Source: a virus (taxonomy: Duplodnaviria > Caudoviricetes). Taken from it: DNA of 50,786 nt. Positions within the stretch are counted from its first letter, which is position 1. Each line of letters opens with the position of its first letter. The notes under the pieces were generated by a model, which ran no database searches, was not told where the DNA came from, and saw only the letters and a list, made by a program, of their open reading frames with translations. A program made the position numbers and the translations under genes. Where the stretch lies: positions 1 through 50,786 of IMG/VR virus record IMGVR_UViG_3300030099_004693. One strand, 5' to 3'. Below are positions 28,801-37,825 of this stretch, in pieces.

Positions 28801-31272
28801 TGGATGTATTGCATATTTACCAAGCAATGCACCGTGCTCAGCATTAGGCGATACTATTAATGATTTATTAGTACCAGATTCAGGCGTACCTTTTTCTAAA
28901 TTTAAAGCTCGTACAACATCATCTCTAGCTATAATAGCACCATCAAGATGTTCTTCTGTTTTAGTAGACTCTATGTCTGAAAACTTAGCAGCTTCTTTCA
29001 TTTTATCTTGTAATCGTTTAGGTAAGTTTTGACCAAAATCAGGTATAATATTATATCTAAAATTACCTTCTACTAAATCAGCTATGTGCCCAGGGCTTTG
29101 TTTGTTAGTAAAAAACTCTTTTTCAGCAGAATATGCATCTGTCATTAATAATGGCAGTCTTTTATTAAATGCTATTGCATTCTTTAAAAACCCATCGCCT
29201 TGCATTTTTTTAATATTAGCAGGTGTAAACTCTAAACCATTCATTTCTAACTGCCATAATACGTTAGATGCAAACCCTCTATCAAACTCAGCTTGAGTTA
29301 AATTGTATTTTTTCTTAAAATCATTTCTAAGCGCACGAATATCTGATGCTTTAAATTGAGATATAATAGTTCGCATGTTACCAGCTGTATTGCTTTTAGG
29401 ATGATGTTTCATAAAGTATAGTCTGTCTGCAGTACCTTTACCACCAAAATAACTATAACCTTTTTTATTCATTTCTTTTATAGTGCCGCCTACTAAATTA
29501 TAGTAATCTTTTGCACCACCATACTCTGCATACTCCATCTGTTTAAGTTTTTGTAATGATATTTCACGTTGACCATTTTCACCTTCTACAACTATATGGT
29601 CAAGAAACGTATGTGCACGTTCATCTTTGCCAGTTAACTTTTTCCATATTTGGTCAGCTATTTTTAATGGCTCTGTTAATATTTTTTTATTACCTGCTAA
29701 ATTCTTAGCATTCTGCTCTGTTAAAAAGTATATATTAGTACCATCTGTCGTAAGTACTTCTGTAACCTTATCGTTTTTATATCGAGTAATAAACTGTCTT
29801 ATATCACCTTCTGTACGCAATACTCTTTCTGGGTCTTTATTAGAATTTTTAATTTGATATTTATAGTCTTCTTGTAGCATTTCTTGTATTTTTCTAAATG
29901 CATCAGATGACTCGTTAGTCTTGGGACCTCTAACGTATTTGTCTAGTATATTAGACATTTTAGTTGTTATCTCAGCTGTCTGGTCTAATCTTTCTTGAGA
30001 TGTAATTTCTTTACCTTTAAAAAAATCAGGCATATCAAACCTAACTATGTTTTGAGCTTTATTGCCTATCTTTGGGTCTATAGTAGGTTCTACGCCTACA
30101 TTACTTTCTTCTGTGCTACCAGTCTCAAATACTTCTTTTTCTTTCTCTACTATCTTAGTAGGCTCAGTTTTAACCTCTACTTTAGGTACACCCTCTTGCT
30201 CTAATAATTTTTCTGTTTCTATATTTAATTGTTTTTGTAATTCATTGGCAGCTGTTCGTTGCACCTGTTCTTCTACAGTTCCTCTAGTTTGATTAAACTG
30301 AGTAATTACTTCTTTTTGTACTTCAGGCGGTAATTTACTAAACTCAGGATGTCTAGCAGGGTCATATATTTCAACCAATGCTTCGTTACCAGGTTTTTGT
30401 GCATCTTTTTCATATTTTTGTGAAAACTTTTGTGCTTTAGCTACAGTCCATGGTCGTTCTTGTCCTCCAAACCAAGCACCCATAACATATTCATAAACTT
30501 GCTCAGGTGTAGTTGCACCTCTCATAGTAGCAGGTAATCCCATAAACAATGAACCTGCTAATGTTTTAGCTACTTTATTACCAGCTTCACTTCCAGTATT
30601 AACAAAGTTACCTATACTTCTAAATACACCACCAGCTTGCGCGCCACCTACAAATGCAGCCATCATTTCATCGACACCACCTTGCCAAGCTGATGCTGCT
30701 GATGCTGCTCCTAAATGAAATGCACCTTCAGCTATATGTCTAGCTCTTTCACCTAATATAAAATTACTAGCAGTTCTTACTGCATCATTTTTAGCCAGTC
30801 TACCTTGATTTAAAAATGGTTTAACAATTTTTTTTGTTTGTTTAGTTGCAAAATTAGCCACAGCCATAGGAACAGACTTGTTGTTTAATGAACGAGCAGT
30901 ATTAGCTGCTGTCATAAGAGATGTAGTTTTAAGTCCTAACTTAGCAGATACTTTAGCAGCAGCACCTAATGGCGCTCCTATAATACCAGGTGCAAACCCA
31001 GCTAAATGACCTAGGTTTTTAAAAATTGCTTCGTATTCGTTGTCTGGAGTGTCGCCTACTTTTAATGTAGTAAAACCTTCTATAAACCCCGAGCCAAGGT
31101 CTGTTAATGCATCAGATATACTAAATTCACCGCTATAAAAAGGTATGTTGTGATAATCAGCGTGTTGCTGTATTGTGTCTTTGAGGTTTGCATAAGCGTC
31201 TGGATTCTTTTTATAAGAATCAATTAATGTTCTTACAGTACGCTCATCCAATCGTGGTTGGAACTCAGCCAT
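22852..31272 (-). CDS. Giant ejection protein with double-psi-beta-barrel (crAss-like) virion RNA polymerase
   Basis: RVP...FAGF...GGA-D1198-L-D-I-D1202 catalytic-like loop; upstream LLGKY and S845-AVK; Gly/Ala-rich N-terminus; last gene of the ejection cluster. Confidence 0.75.
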   Translation of the reverse strand: MAEFQPRLDERTVRTLIDSYKKNPDAYANLKDTIQQHADYHNIPFYSGEFSISDALTDLGSGFIEGFTTLKVGDTPDNEYEAIFKNLGHLAGFAPGIIGAPLGAAAKVSAKLGLKTTSLMTAANTARSLNNKSVPMAVANFATKQTKKIVKPFLNQGRLAKNDAVRTASNFILGERARHIAEGAFHLGAASAASAWQGGVDEMMAAFVGGAQAGGVFRSIGNFVNTGSEAGNKVAKTLAGSLFMGLPATMRGATTPEQVYEYVMGAWFGGQERPWTVAKAQKFSQKYEKDAQKPGNEALVEIYDPARHPEFSKLPPEVQKEVITQFNQTRGTVEEQVQRTAANELQKQLNIETEKLLEQEGVPKVEVKTEPTKIVEKEKEVFETGSTEESNVGVEPTIDPKIGNKAQNIVRFDMPDFFKGKEITSQERLDQTAEITTKMSNILDKYVRGPKTNESSDAFRKIQEMLQEDYKYQIKNSNKDPERVLRTEGDIRQFITRYKNDKVTEVLTTDGTNIYFLTEQNAKNLAGNKKILTEPLKIADQIWKKLTGKDERAHTFLDHIVVEGENGQREISLQKLKQMEYAEYGGAKDYYNLVGGTIKEMNKKGYSYFGGKGTADRLYFMKHHPKSNTAGNMRTIISQFKASDIRALRNDFKKKYNLTQAEFDRGFASNVLWQLEMNGLEFTPANIKKMQGDGFLKNAIAFNKRLPLLMTDAYSAEKEFFTNKQSPGHIADLVEGNFRYNIIPDFGQNLPKRLQDKMKEAAKFSDIESTKTEEHLDGAIIARDDVVRALNLEKGTPESGTNKSLIVSPNAEHGALLGKYAIHPAGPKLSAEMKDAGIHMNIMASAVKQKGTREFYEVYDLDPTHIKQDLGIKQSKKFIAPQSIKKQMLTNLVEAMAFQKASKDGFTVKEAVDGIFKDFMEPRIKGDAKANEALDAYLEKLPTASDKQLAKELDKLDFDAIGLERITDAMKQPGNQLFSKAFYNYLLLNRKSAIREEYAEGVMTEAEYDANNREVEYYHSVAQKMIAAARKDAIKRGKPENEANIFTHPDINKYRDKMMSSWIVNSVTKPKVKNSAAAIIRPYDEGLQKDLDGVNPRLKELNTNSKIFFLGDKHKKKVIETELYGKKTLEELYSTYLSKSTPESAKKRLEEVFRTAVIRVPADSNSGTQILQFAGFTGRNDYGILMHGLKMRALGGADLDIDSAYMYFGGKGGLKKEYKDVMEAQEQEFYVKQKDGRFKIADNKAKEFEKKLIQEYSPREDALFKSQAGMFAPNMRHQASEGAVEGRGLLGGAAVNPKNIMASAYQMILNKGKDEFTVKHFGKDIKVTLIPKTKPQEIDYANKLMRAMVGFSSDAMDYGKPKGYENWYKQALEAHFIVKSKVPLAKLNVSEFNKNGVIGMLSKANNAYYGKDYTNQRQYTMEDRKNLTAELMAEDPKNITTMTPKIARLLHNIDYSDHALNRVKFDRITDLYNNYNKSVAEYSSLKGMLGRRTLKTPTPTIINKVYKYNLLNPDALVAAAKNKATFYDVIKGTKFATFKKAKNKLYTEQERIAVLERLKEQAGDFSGRDIQTMVTVQELVKIIDVVKKRVPGITKAEVNAMIEDAHTTVEKLKAESYLMRDDRNSLDTELNIGRQRKSKGSSIKDQNAIDAEIRKWKRNRTDIEKRLFDTLMLGSLNRGNLEKLAELNAIKLERPLTNKEQKDYDTELTNTARTSSSMLGYNSEAMETNSIGKFLGEINNTYNEVSTHRAPEQIRREGTILLEEPTKKESIEKGWPEESDAKLTEVFTTGWEGVKEAKGKTKLDAETKGYIDDIVMDLKTENNKVVQNIGFIAREVVGKDINIFNKQDWMVLRNWLRDTKTGTFWQRLKGEDISKVSQRTYLQFPETINKELMRDEIVLMQKKGIFMTAEGMKTGKSILPTQYIDITQYRIKSVLDAADAANEQLSLERVKEYTFLDAIPEGKQLWEVAMVKRELPMAEKILTDVSKKDKPLAMFHAKTYTDAFNEITKKHKYETDLKDKVYTVEIDKKLQKLKGSEIVDIINNKETAYYKKELEIAQGNVPKDSSGNLKVIGTTADGQPLYALQKAIEFGIPGFTSGPKNSGYVKGFYDPKTKQNPIINFEKLVNDFNRAVAKNKKIPTEFGIDGINTIARSMKYEIATNTKKLKKKELKKMYETFPSRTGRISEEMYFPHNHFSKKTALNALKEYVKYIRKSSLDAKEQDKLITKLTYRHHALTGDYMFEAINTWEGFNKSLENIGKRKQKKEERISWLQDIKKTGSQLSREGHIPGYSLDIQVPTGYGKSLNNTYYKQWAQILARDTISKFEQSMFDRKVPENIKESWSTFLKLYVQGAIGNPDVVPEYVYENPNMKIKGTPYGWWADNRVKDRLNKIGDKLGLIKKELPEELRGLDLNDVRNWSNLEAKFELASLLAHPKSVVANIFGGTMHTVQSVGMKTWMDARNNKYMAALSDKFASKEAREAFVIKQGVLPEQLLEEYGLATEYQSSRNKEFIELVARKLKRDPNLSSESVLDLGKEKGITRPVTELAAKFMSVPERALRRDAFMAHYLFWYKKFNGAIREFDHPILIDLAKKGVKSTQFLYSAPFRPMFARTALGKVMTRFQLWGWNAIRFRREALRQARLYGFKGKEAERVARIMQLDLFVFSLGNAFAYSLFDTAMPSPWNWMQDTSEWLFGDEKDKKRAFFGQWPQPIAPLQLITPPIARLPMASMRAVLEDDWERVANYYIHTMYPFGRISRDFVAQNNLIENPMSLVDKWTGIPLIGLSRASKELREGEERKVPTPGSGLTF

Positions 31273-31275
31273 AAA

Positions 31276-32184
31276 TTATTCTTCTGTTGCAGTATTATAT
31301 AAGTCGTATAGTCCCATAGCAGTTAATCCACCATATCCAATGCCTTTAGCTATAGGATGAGGAACTTTAGATGTTAAACCTAGCAATCCTCTTATTCCTG
31401 CGGCAGTCATTAAACCGCCACCAAGGTACTCTCCTACTTCTCTGCCTGTTTCACCTGCTACTGCTTCACCTATTTCTGGTGCAACAGCGCTAGCAATTAA
31501 TGATGTTCCTACTTTAGGAGTTAATTTTCTAATATTTTTTACTCTAGCCTTAGCTTTAGACTTGGGTGTTTTCTTTTCACTAACATCTTCAAGTCCTAAT
31601 CTTTTTGCAATACCCTTTGATTTACCAGATAAAAGATATTCTCCACCTCTTAAAGCACCATAAGTCCCAAGTCCTGTACTTATAGGGTTTTCTGAAACAA
31701 ATTCTGATGCTCTTGAAAGTAAACTTTCATCTTCATCTAATGGCATAAATGATTTAATAGCAGCTGCTTGTTGCAGTCCTTCAGGAGTCTGCGTAGCTTC
31801 TGCATCGCTAATCATGTCTAGTAAATTATTGTATAAGTCTGGGGTGTCTTTTACTATCTTACGTATATCTTTTGCTTCATAGCCTCTATTAGCAAGATTT
31901 TGTAATCCTTTTAAAGTATTTTGTTCTTTGGCTGCAACTACTGAGTTATAGTATTGTTCAAATAATCCCAGGTCTTGAGGAGATAGCCTGCCGCCTTTAA
32001 TTTGCACATACTGATTCCAAATTTCTGTTTTTGATGGCAACGGCATAGAATCGCCTTTGTATACAGGTGTATCGCCACTAGTATCAAATACAGGGTCGTT
32101 GTTCATACCAAATTGCATCAAATTTGTAAAGAATTGATTTTCTGCGTTTTGTTGTCGTTGCGCTATAGCTTCACTTAATTTCAT
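31276..32184 (-). CDS. Putative internal virion/ejection protein
   Basis: Upstream of the giant gene; Gly-rich hydrophobic C-terminal segments. Confidence 0.55.
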   Translation of the reverse strand: MKLSEAIAQRQQNAENQFFTNLMQFGMNNDPVFDTSGDTPVYKGDSMPLPSKTEIWNQYVQIKGGRLSPQDLGLFEQYYNSVVAAKEQNTLKGLQNLANRGYEAKDIRKIVKDTPDLYNNLLDMISDAEATQTPEGLQQAAAIKSFMPLDEDESLLSRASEFVSENPISTGLGTYGALRGGEYLLSGKSKGIAKRLGLEDVSEKKTPKSKAKARVKNIRKLTPKVGTSLIASAVAPEIGEAVAGETGREVGEYLGGGLMTAAGIRGLLGLTSKVPHPIAKGIGYGGLTAMGLYDLYNTATEE

Positions 32185-32192
32185 ATGTTCCT

Positions 32193-33179
32193 CTAATATG
32201 GATTGTTAACTCTCATGTCCATTGCACCATCAGTTCTTATCTTATTTCTTTGCATTATTTCATACAACATTTCATTACTTGCTGGTCCATAGTATTCAAT
32301 TGGAGCTTTTTTTATCATATCTGGGGTAATGTTATCATAATCTATTTCATCTTCAATCGCAGGTGGTGCAACAGGTTGTTCTATATTAGGTTGAGATTCT
32401 TGTTGTTGAATTATTAAAGATTGCAATGGGCCATAAATTTGATTCATTAATGCACCCCTAGCTTGAGCTTCCTTGCCACTATATAAAACATTAGGATTAA
32501 ATGGCATGTTATTTACATCTCTTTTTTTCTTAGCTTCTATTTCAGCTGATATAGTATATGGTTCTCTAGCAGGTTTAGGAATAGGAGCTTCAAACTCTGG
32601 AAGAGGTTCAGGTCCAGGCATAGGTATTGTTTTTCTATACATTTTAGACGGCAACCCAAAGTCAACTTCTCCAAATTCAATATCTTGAGGTCTTTCAGTA
32701 ACATATCTATCAGACATTTCTATTGATGGAGTTAAAGATTTTTTTCTAGCTTGTTTTTGCAATCTTTTTAATTTTCTTTGTTTTAATGCTTTTACTAATG
32801 TGCTGTCTTGAGAACCTTCAAACTGGTCAAGCATATCTTTGTCGCCTATAAATAAATCTACAGCTGTATCTGCTGCTTGTTTAACTTTTCTACCTGTGTT
32901 TTTAATACCAGTAGATATGTTTTGACGAGCTCCTTTAATCTTTTGTTGTAATCCTTTACTCCCTTTTTTTATTGCAAGTCCAGTAGCTCCAATTGCCCCT
33001 GGAACAGCTAATGCTGCAGCTAATAAATTTTTACCTACATTTTTACCACCTTCTGGAAATAGTTTTTGTCCAACTACTGCACCAGCATCACCTAAATTTT
33101 CACCAAGAGTACTCATTTGTTTTTGCAACATTAAATCTTGTTGCCAATTGTTTTTAGACATATCAAATTGCAAAGCCAT
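32193..33179 (-). CDS. Putative internal virion/ejection protein
   Basis: Position; low-complexity sequence with one Ala/Gly hydrophobic segment. Confidence 0.5.
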   Translation of the reverse strand: MALQFDMSKNNWQQDLMLQKQMSTLGENLGDAGAVVGQKLFPEGGKNVGKNLLAAALAVPGAIGATGLAIKKGSKGLQQKIKGARQNISTGIKNTGRKVKQAADTAVDLFIGDKDMLDQFEGSQDSTLVKALKQRKLKRLQKQARKKSLTPSIEMSDRYVTERPQDIEFGEVDFGLPSKMYRKTIPMPGPEPLPEFEAPIPKPAREPYTISAEIEAKKKRDVNNMPFNPNVLYSGKEAQARGALMNQIYGPLQSLIIQQQESQPNIEQPVAPPAIEDEIDYDNITPDMIKKAPIEYYGPASNEMLYEIMQRNKIRTDGAMDMRVNNPY

Positions 33180-33847
33180 TATGAAGGTATCCCTTGTGCA
33201 TAAGCACCCATTAAACCAGAACCCATGCCACTTAACATACTAGACATTGCCATGTTTCTTCTTTCAAACTCTTGTTGTTCATAGTTTCTTTCAGCTAATC
33301 TAGCCTGTGCAATGTTTTCATCAAGACCCATTTGCATTCTACCGATATTTCCTAATAGTCCTTGAGATTGCCCAAGAACGCCCATTCCTTGCATTCTATT
33401 CTGCATAAAAGCTTGCTGCCCTTGTTGCATAGCACTTTGAGCCATCCTTCCTTGAGTAACTCTGTTTTGAGCTGCTGTAATACCAGAATCTTGTCCCATA
33501 GCTGCTGCTTGCCTTCTTGCTAACATATGTTGCATTGCAAGTTGGTCAGCAGATTGATTTCTAATCATCTGTTGTTGTTGTTGGTTAATAGCACTATTAG
33601 GGTCCATAAGTCCTTGACCCATGCTTTGCATTTGTCCATAACCAGATTGCATTTGATTGACTACACCTTGGCTTCTAGATAAGTCTCCTCTAACTTCTCC
33701 TGGTGTAATAGGTCGGTTTGGGTTTTCTCTCATAGCCATAAGACCACCAGCAACAGATGCGCCTATACTTAATGCAGGTAATAAAAATTGCCTATCATTA
33801 GCTGCAGGGCCATTATGTACCCAATTCTGTATTTGTTCTAAATTCAT
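33179..33847 (-). CDS. Putative DNA pilot/ejection protein
   Basis: Q/M/G-rich helical protein with hydrophobic Gly-rich ends. Confidence 0.55.
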   Translation of the reverse strand: MNLEQIQNWVHNGPAANDRQFLLPALSIGASVAGGLMAMRENPNRPITPGEVRGDLSRSQGVVNQMQSGYGQMQSMGQGLMDPNSAINQQQQQMIRNQSADQLAMQHMLARRQAAAMGQDSGITAAQNRVTQGRMAQSAMQQGQQAFMQNRMQGMGVLGQSQGLLGNIGRMQMGLDENIAQARLAERNYEQQEFERRNMAMSSMLSGMGSGLMGAYAQGIPS

Positions 33848-33909
33848 AAATCTTCCTTTTAATTAGAAAATATCATTATAATATAATACTTTGCTTCTTA
33901 TTAAACCAA

Positions 33910-34563
33910 TTAAAAATTTGCTCCAAAAAACATAGCATTATCGCTAGCATCTGGCATTGTTAAATCTAAATGTGGCCAGTAAGCAGTATCTCCATAATCT
34001 GCATACCAAACACCACTATAATTAGAACTTGATGTTGGTGCAATATTTCTTAAATCATTTGGAAAATCTAACAAACAAACTTGAAATGTGTTGTTTGAAC
34101 GAATGTCTGTTAATGCATCACTGGTTAAAGTAAATGAATTAAATCCACTAGTATCCCATGACGTTAATACATTTCCATAAATAGTTACGTTAGAAAAATT
34201 ATTTACTCCTGTTTGCCATCCATTGATAGCATCAAAATCAGCAGTCGATATAGTAAGTCCATGGTTTGCTTTAACTGCAACAACATCAGAATTTCCAAAT
34301 GTTCTTCCTCGTACTTTTAATACACCAGAAGTAGGAGCTTGTGTAATACTAGAAACATTAAAATAAAAAAACGACCTTGTTATTACATATAATGTACCAC
34401 CTCTTGCACTAGTTACAGATGACCTAATTCCAAATGAATTTCCAACTAAACTACTGTTTGCAAAACTACCTGTAGTTGCATCTCTTGCACCAGCATATGT
34501 ACCAGAACTTTTACCTACATATCCATCTCCTGAAGTAGTAGAGTATATTAACTCAGTAGGCAT
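33910..34563 (-). CDS. Beta-rich tail-fibre-associated protein
   Basis: RSFFYFNVSSI carbohydrate-binding-like motif; C-terminal AMFFGANF. Confidence 0.5.
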   Translation of the reverse strand: MPTELIYSTTSGDGYVGKSSGTYAGARDATTGSFANSSLVGNSFGIRSSVTSARGGTLYVITRSFFYFNVSSITQAPTSGVLKVRGRTFGNSDVVAVKANHGLTISTADFDAINGWQTGVNNFSNVTIYGNVLTSWDTSGFNSFTLTSDALTDIRSNNTFQVCLLDFPNDLRNIAPTSSSNYSGVWYADYGDTAYWPHLDLTMPDASDNAMFFGANF

Positions 34564-35114
34564 TAGACTGTTATCTTTGGCATATAATAAACATTACCAT
34601 CAAAATATAAATTTTCATCAGGAGTTACATTTATCTGCTCATATGATATAGAATCAAATGCATACTTATTATTCTCAGCAGACTCATTATTCCAATAAGT
34701 TACTTTTCCACCAGACTTAATACGCTCTAATGCAAATGTTTTAAAACTATCTAAATTATCATCTCCAAATGTATCTAGAAAGATGCCATCATATGTGTCT
34801 GTAAGGCTTAAATTAGCCCAATCTCCCTCAATTATTGTTACATTAGACTTACCACTAGCCCAATCATTTAACTTCTCTAAAATCTGTGGATGTATCTCAA
34901 TTATTGTATGACTATTTACTCCCTGTTCTTGTATATAATCAGCACATATACCCATACCAAATCCTATTTCAAGTACATCTCCATTGTTGTGAGATATATA
35001 TTGTGCAGCTTTTTGCATTATAGGAGCTTCCCAAAACATCATAACTTCTAATCCTGACTGTACATCAAAGATTTGGGTATCGCTAAATTCTAATGTATTA
35101 TCTTTAAATGCCAT
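34563..35114 (-). CDS. Class I SAM methyltransferase, GAMT/Rmt2-like
   Basis: VMMFWEAPIM, VLEIGFGMG, HTIIEIHP, GDW, YDGIFLDTF. Confidence 0.85.
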   Translation of the reverse strand: MAFKDNTLEFSDTQIFDVQSGLEVMMFWEAPIMQKAAQYISHNNGDVLEIGFGMGICADYIQEQGVNSHTIIEIHPQILEKLNDWASGKSNVTIIEGDWANLSLTDTYDGIFLDTFGDDNLDSFKTFALERIKSGGKVTYWNNESAENNKYAFDSISYEQINVTPDENLYFDGNVYYMPKITV

Positions 35115-37825
35115 TAAAAATTTAAAGTTGCAGCTGCATAGGCTATTTTACTTTCTGCGTCCCAAAATATACTTATTATATCTGTTTTATTTGCTGTTGT
35201 AGTTAATGTTGGATTTGAACCCCCTGGAAATTTAACATCAGTAGTAGATAAACCGTTGTGACTCATTGCTTTGTATGCAGTAATAACCCCACTTCCACTT
35301 GAATCTTGTTCTAATGCTACAGTAAAGTTTCCTGAAAATTCTGGAAATATAAACCCAAGAATTGCAACTGTTTGCCCACCAGTTAATTCTAATCTAGCTT
35401 TTTGACATTCTCTAAAATCAATGTCAGTATTATTGCCAGTATTAGCAGTATACACAACATCACCATAAACAGGCTGATATATATTATCAGAACCATGTTT
35501 AAATGCTATACATCCATCGATTCCAACAATGTTTCCACTAACGCCATTTTCATCTATTTGAATAACAGTATCGCCACCTACTACAAAATCAAGCGTGTCA
35601 GCTGCACTTTCAGTTATATATGTATCTCCTACACCATCAAAATATAATTTATTTAAAGCTTGTATAGCTACTGAATCACTAGCTCCACCACCACCTTCTG
35701 TAACCTCTAATATGGTTTGACCCCCAACAACTACATCTAATTTATCTGCAGATACTTCATGTATATATGTATCATTACCATTATCAAAAAATACTTTACC
35801 AGTAGCTATTGTTGAAATATTACTTGTAGCATTAATAATTCCTGTAACATCTAATCCAGCATCATCAATTCTCATTTTTGTTGCTTCATCTACTGAAAAT
35901 GTAAATGCACCTTTATCCCCAGTACTGCTCGCTGTTTTACTTATAAATTCAACAACATCTATTCCTTTGGCACCTGCATTGTAATTAGCAACAATTTGTA
36001 GGCATTCAGTATCAGAAGAGCCTATTTGCCATACTGGGTTACCATCATTAACATCTCTTATAAATTTATTGGCTTGACTGCTTATTACTCTTTTATTATC
36101 ATTGTCAAAAACAATTTCAAAATCATCACTATTATTTTTAAGCTCTATAGATGTATCAATAGATAATGTCCCTGTAAAAGCGGGGCCATCAAACATAGTT
36201 GCCTTAGATTCATTGGTAACATTTCCTAATCCTACGTCATTAGCAGTAGCTGCAGTTAATATTTCACTTTGTAACGTAGCAGCAGACTTGTTATCTACAA
36301 GATTTAATGTTAAATCAGATTTAGTTTGGTCTGCATCTCTACCTACCAAGTCTCCACTTGAATCAAATTGAGCAAAATCTCCATTAGCTATTGTTCCTGA
36401 TTTATCTAATTTAGCAGTTACAGTCGTTTCTAAATTAGATATATTTGGAATTTGTACAGTTCCTGTAAATACAGGGTCAGCTTTTGTAGCTCTTGAATTT
36501 ATATTATTAGTTATATCAGCAGCAAAAGAAGCATTATCTCCTAATGCGGCTGCAATAGCATTAAGTGTATTTAAATCACTTGGAGCTCCATCTATAAGTG
36601 CATCTATTTTTGTTTGAGCTAAAGCATTTACTTCAGCGTCAAAATTTGTTATTTTGCCCTTAGGTAAATCTACAATTTTATCATTTGCAATTGCATCTCC
36701 ACCCCAAGTACCTGAAGTTATACTCCCTACTACTTGAATGCCTAAATTTTCTACACCAGTTTTATCTAATTGTGTGTCTGTAAAAACTGCAGATGCTGGA
36801 ACTTTTGTCCCTATATTTAACACCCATTCTCCTGCAGTAATAGCATCAGAATCATCTGCTTCTGCAATATATATCTTATTACTATCATTAGTGTCCATCC
36901 ACAAATCACCTTTTTTTACAGGAGGTGTAGCAGATGCACCATTTGGTATTGCGTCTTGTTTGTAAAAATTTGGCTTATAACCTAAGTTAGTAGTTACAGT
37001 TGTTGAAAAATTAGCATCATCACCAAGTGCAGCAGCAAGCTCATTAAGCGTATCTAAAGCACCTGGAGCAGAATCGATTAGGTTGTTAACCCCAGCAGTT
37101 ACTTTTCCGTCTACTTCACTGTCAAAATCAGATATTTTAGTATGGTCTATAGTATCTAAAACTGCTAAAGCTCCTAGGCCACTAACATCTCCAGCTGCTA
37201 AATCTGTTCCATTGATTTTAAATTTACTTCCAGACGATAAATCAACATCTCCATCGACATTTATTTTACCAGTACCATGAGCATTAATTGCAATATTACC
37301 ATTATCCCCATCTGTAATAGTAATGCTACCTGTATTTGTACTACCTGTATCTAAAATTAAATCTTGGTCACCTTTAGATGTAATTTTTCCTGCGGAGTCA
37401 CCTTTGCCTATAACTATATTAGAGTCAATTGCTAAATTACCATCGTTATTAATAATGTCAATATTTTGACCTTTTTTATTAACAATAGGGACTGCAGCAT
37501 TACTATCATATTTAACAGATTCCCCAGCAATAGGTTTTTTACTCCAACCTTTAGTTCCTTCCCCCGTATTATATCCATTAGAATTAACAGCAGGATGAAA
37601 GTTTCCATTTACATTGACAAGCCATTGTTTACCGTCATATATAATATCAGTAACAATACCATCATCAGTTGTTACTACTTGAGTATCTCCTGCTCGTGGA
37701 GGTCTCTTAGATGGTTTACCATCTGTTTCAGGCATTAAACCGTCTATTTTATCGTAGATATCTCGTAAAGCATTATCTACTATAGGGTCATTAACTTTCT
37801 TTCGTGTAAGGCGTGTTCTAGCCAT
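35114..37825 (-). CDS. Tail fibre protein
   Basis: Two LID.AP..L.TLN..AAALGD...F repeats; two DTYI.E..AD.LD.VVGG repeats; C-terminal FPGG..PTLTTTA..TDII. Confidence 0.85.
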   Translation of the reverse strand: MARTRLTRKKVNDPIVDNALRDIYDKIDGLMPETDGKPSKRPPRAGDTQVVTTDDGIVTDIIYDGKQWLVNVNGNFHPAVNSNGYNTGEGTKGWSKKPIAGESVKYDSNAAVPIVNKKGQNIDIINNDGNLAIDSNIVIGKGDSAGKITSKGDQDLILDTGSTNTGSITITDGDNGNIAINAHGTGKINVDGDVDLSSGSKFKINGTDLAAGDVSGLGALAVLDTIDHTKISDFDSEVDGKVTAGVNNLIDSAPGALDTLNELAAALGDDANFSTTVTTNLGYKPNFYKQDAIPNGASATPPVKKGDLWMDTNDSNKIYIAEADDSDAITAGEWVLNIGTKVPASAVFTDTQLDKTGVENLGIQVVGSITSGTWGGDAIANDKIVDLPKGKITNFDAEVNALAQTKIDALIDGAPSDLNTLNAIAAALGDNASFAADITNNINSRATKADPVFTGTVQIPNISNLETTVTAKLDKSGTIANGDFAQFDSSGDLVGRDADQTKSDLTLNLVDNKSAATLQSEILTAATANDVGLGNVTNESKATMFDGPAFTGTLSIDTSIELKNNSDDFEIVFDNDNKRVISSQANKFIRDVNDGNPVWQIGSSDTECLQIVANYNAGAKGIDVVEFISKTASSTGDKGAFTFSVDEATKMRIDDAGLDVTGIINATSNISTIATGKVFFDNGNDTYIHEVSADKLDVVVGGQTILEVTEGGGGASDSVAIQALNKLYFDGVGDTYITESAADTLDFVVGGDTVIQIDENGVSGNIVGIDGCIAFKHGSDNIYQPVYGDVVYTANTGNNTDIDFRECQKARLELTGGQTVAILGFIFPEFSGNFTVALEQDSSGSGVITAYKAMSHNGLSTTDVKFPGGSNPTLTTTANKTDIISIFWDAESKIAYAAATLNF

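Noticed and set aside
33910-37825. Diversity-generating retroelement acting on tail fibres
   Set aside because: No reverse transcriptase and no TR/VR nucleotide repeat pair seen; the internal repeats are diverged protein repeats
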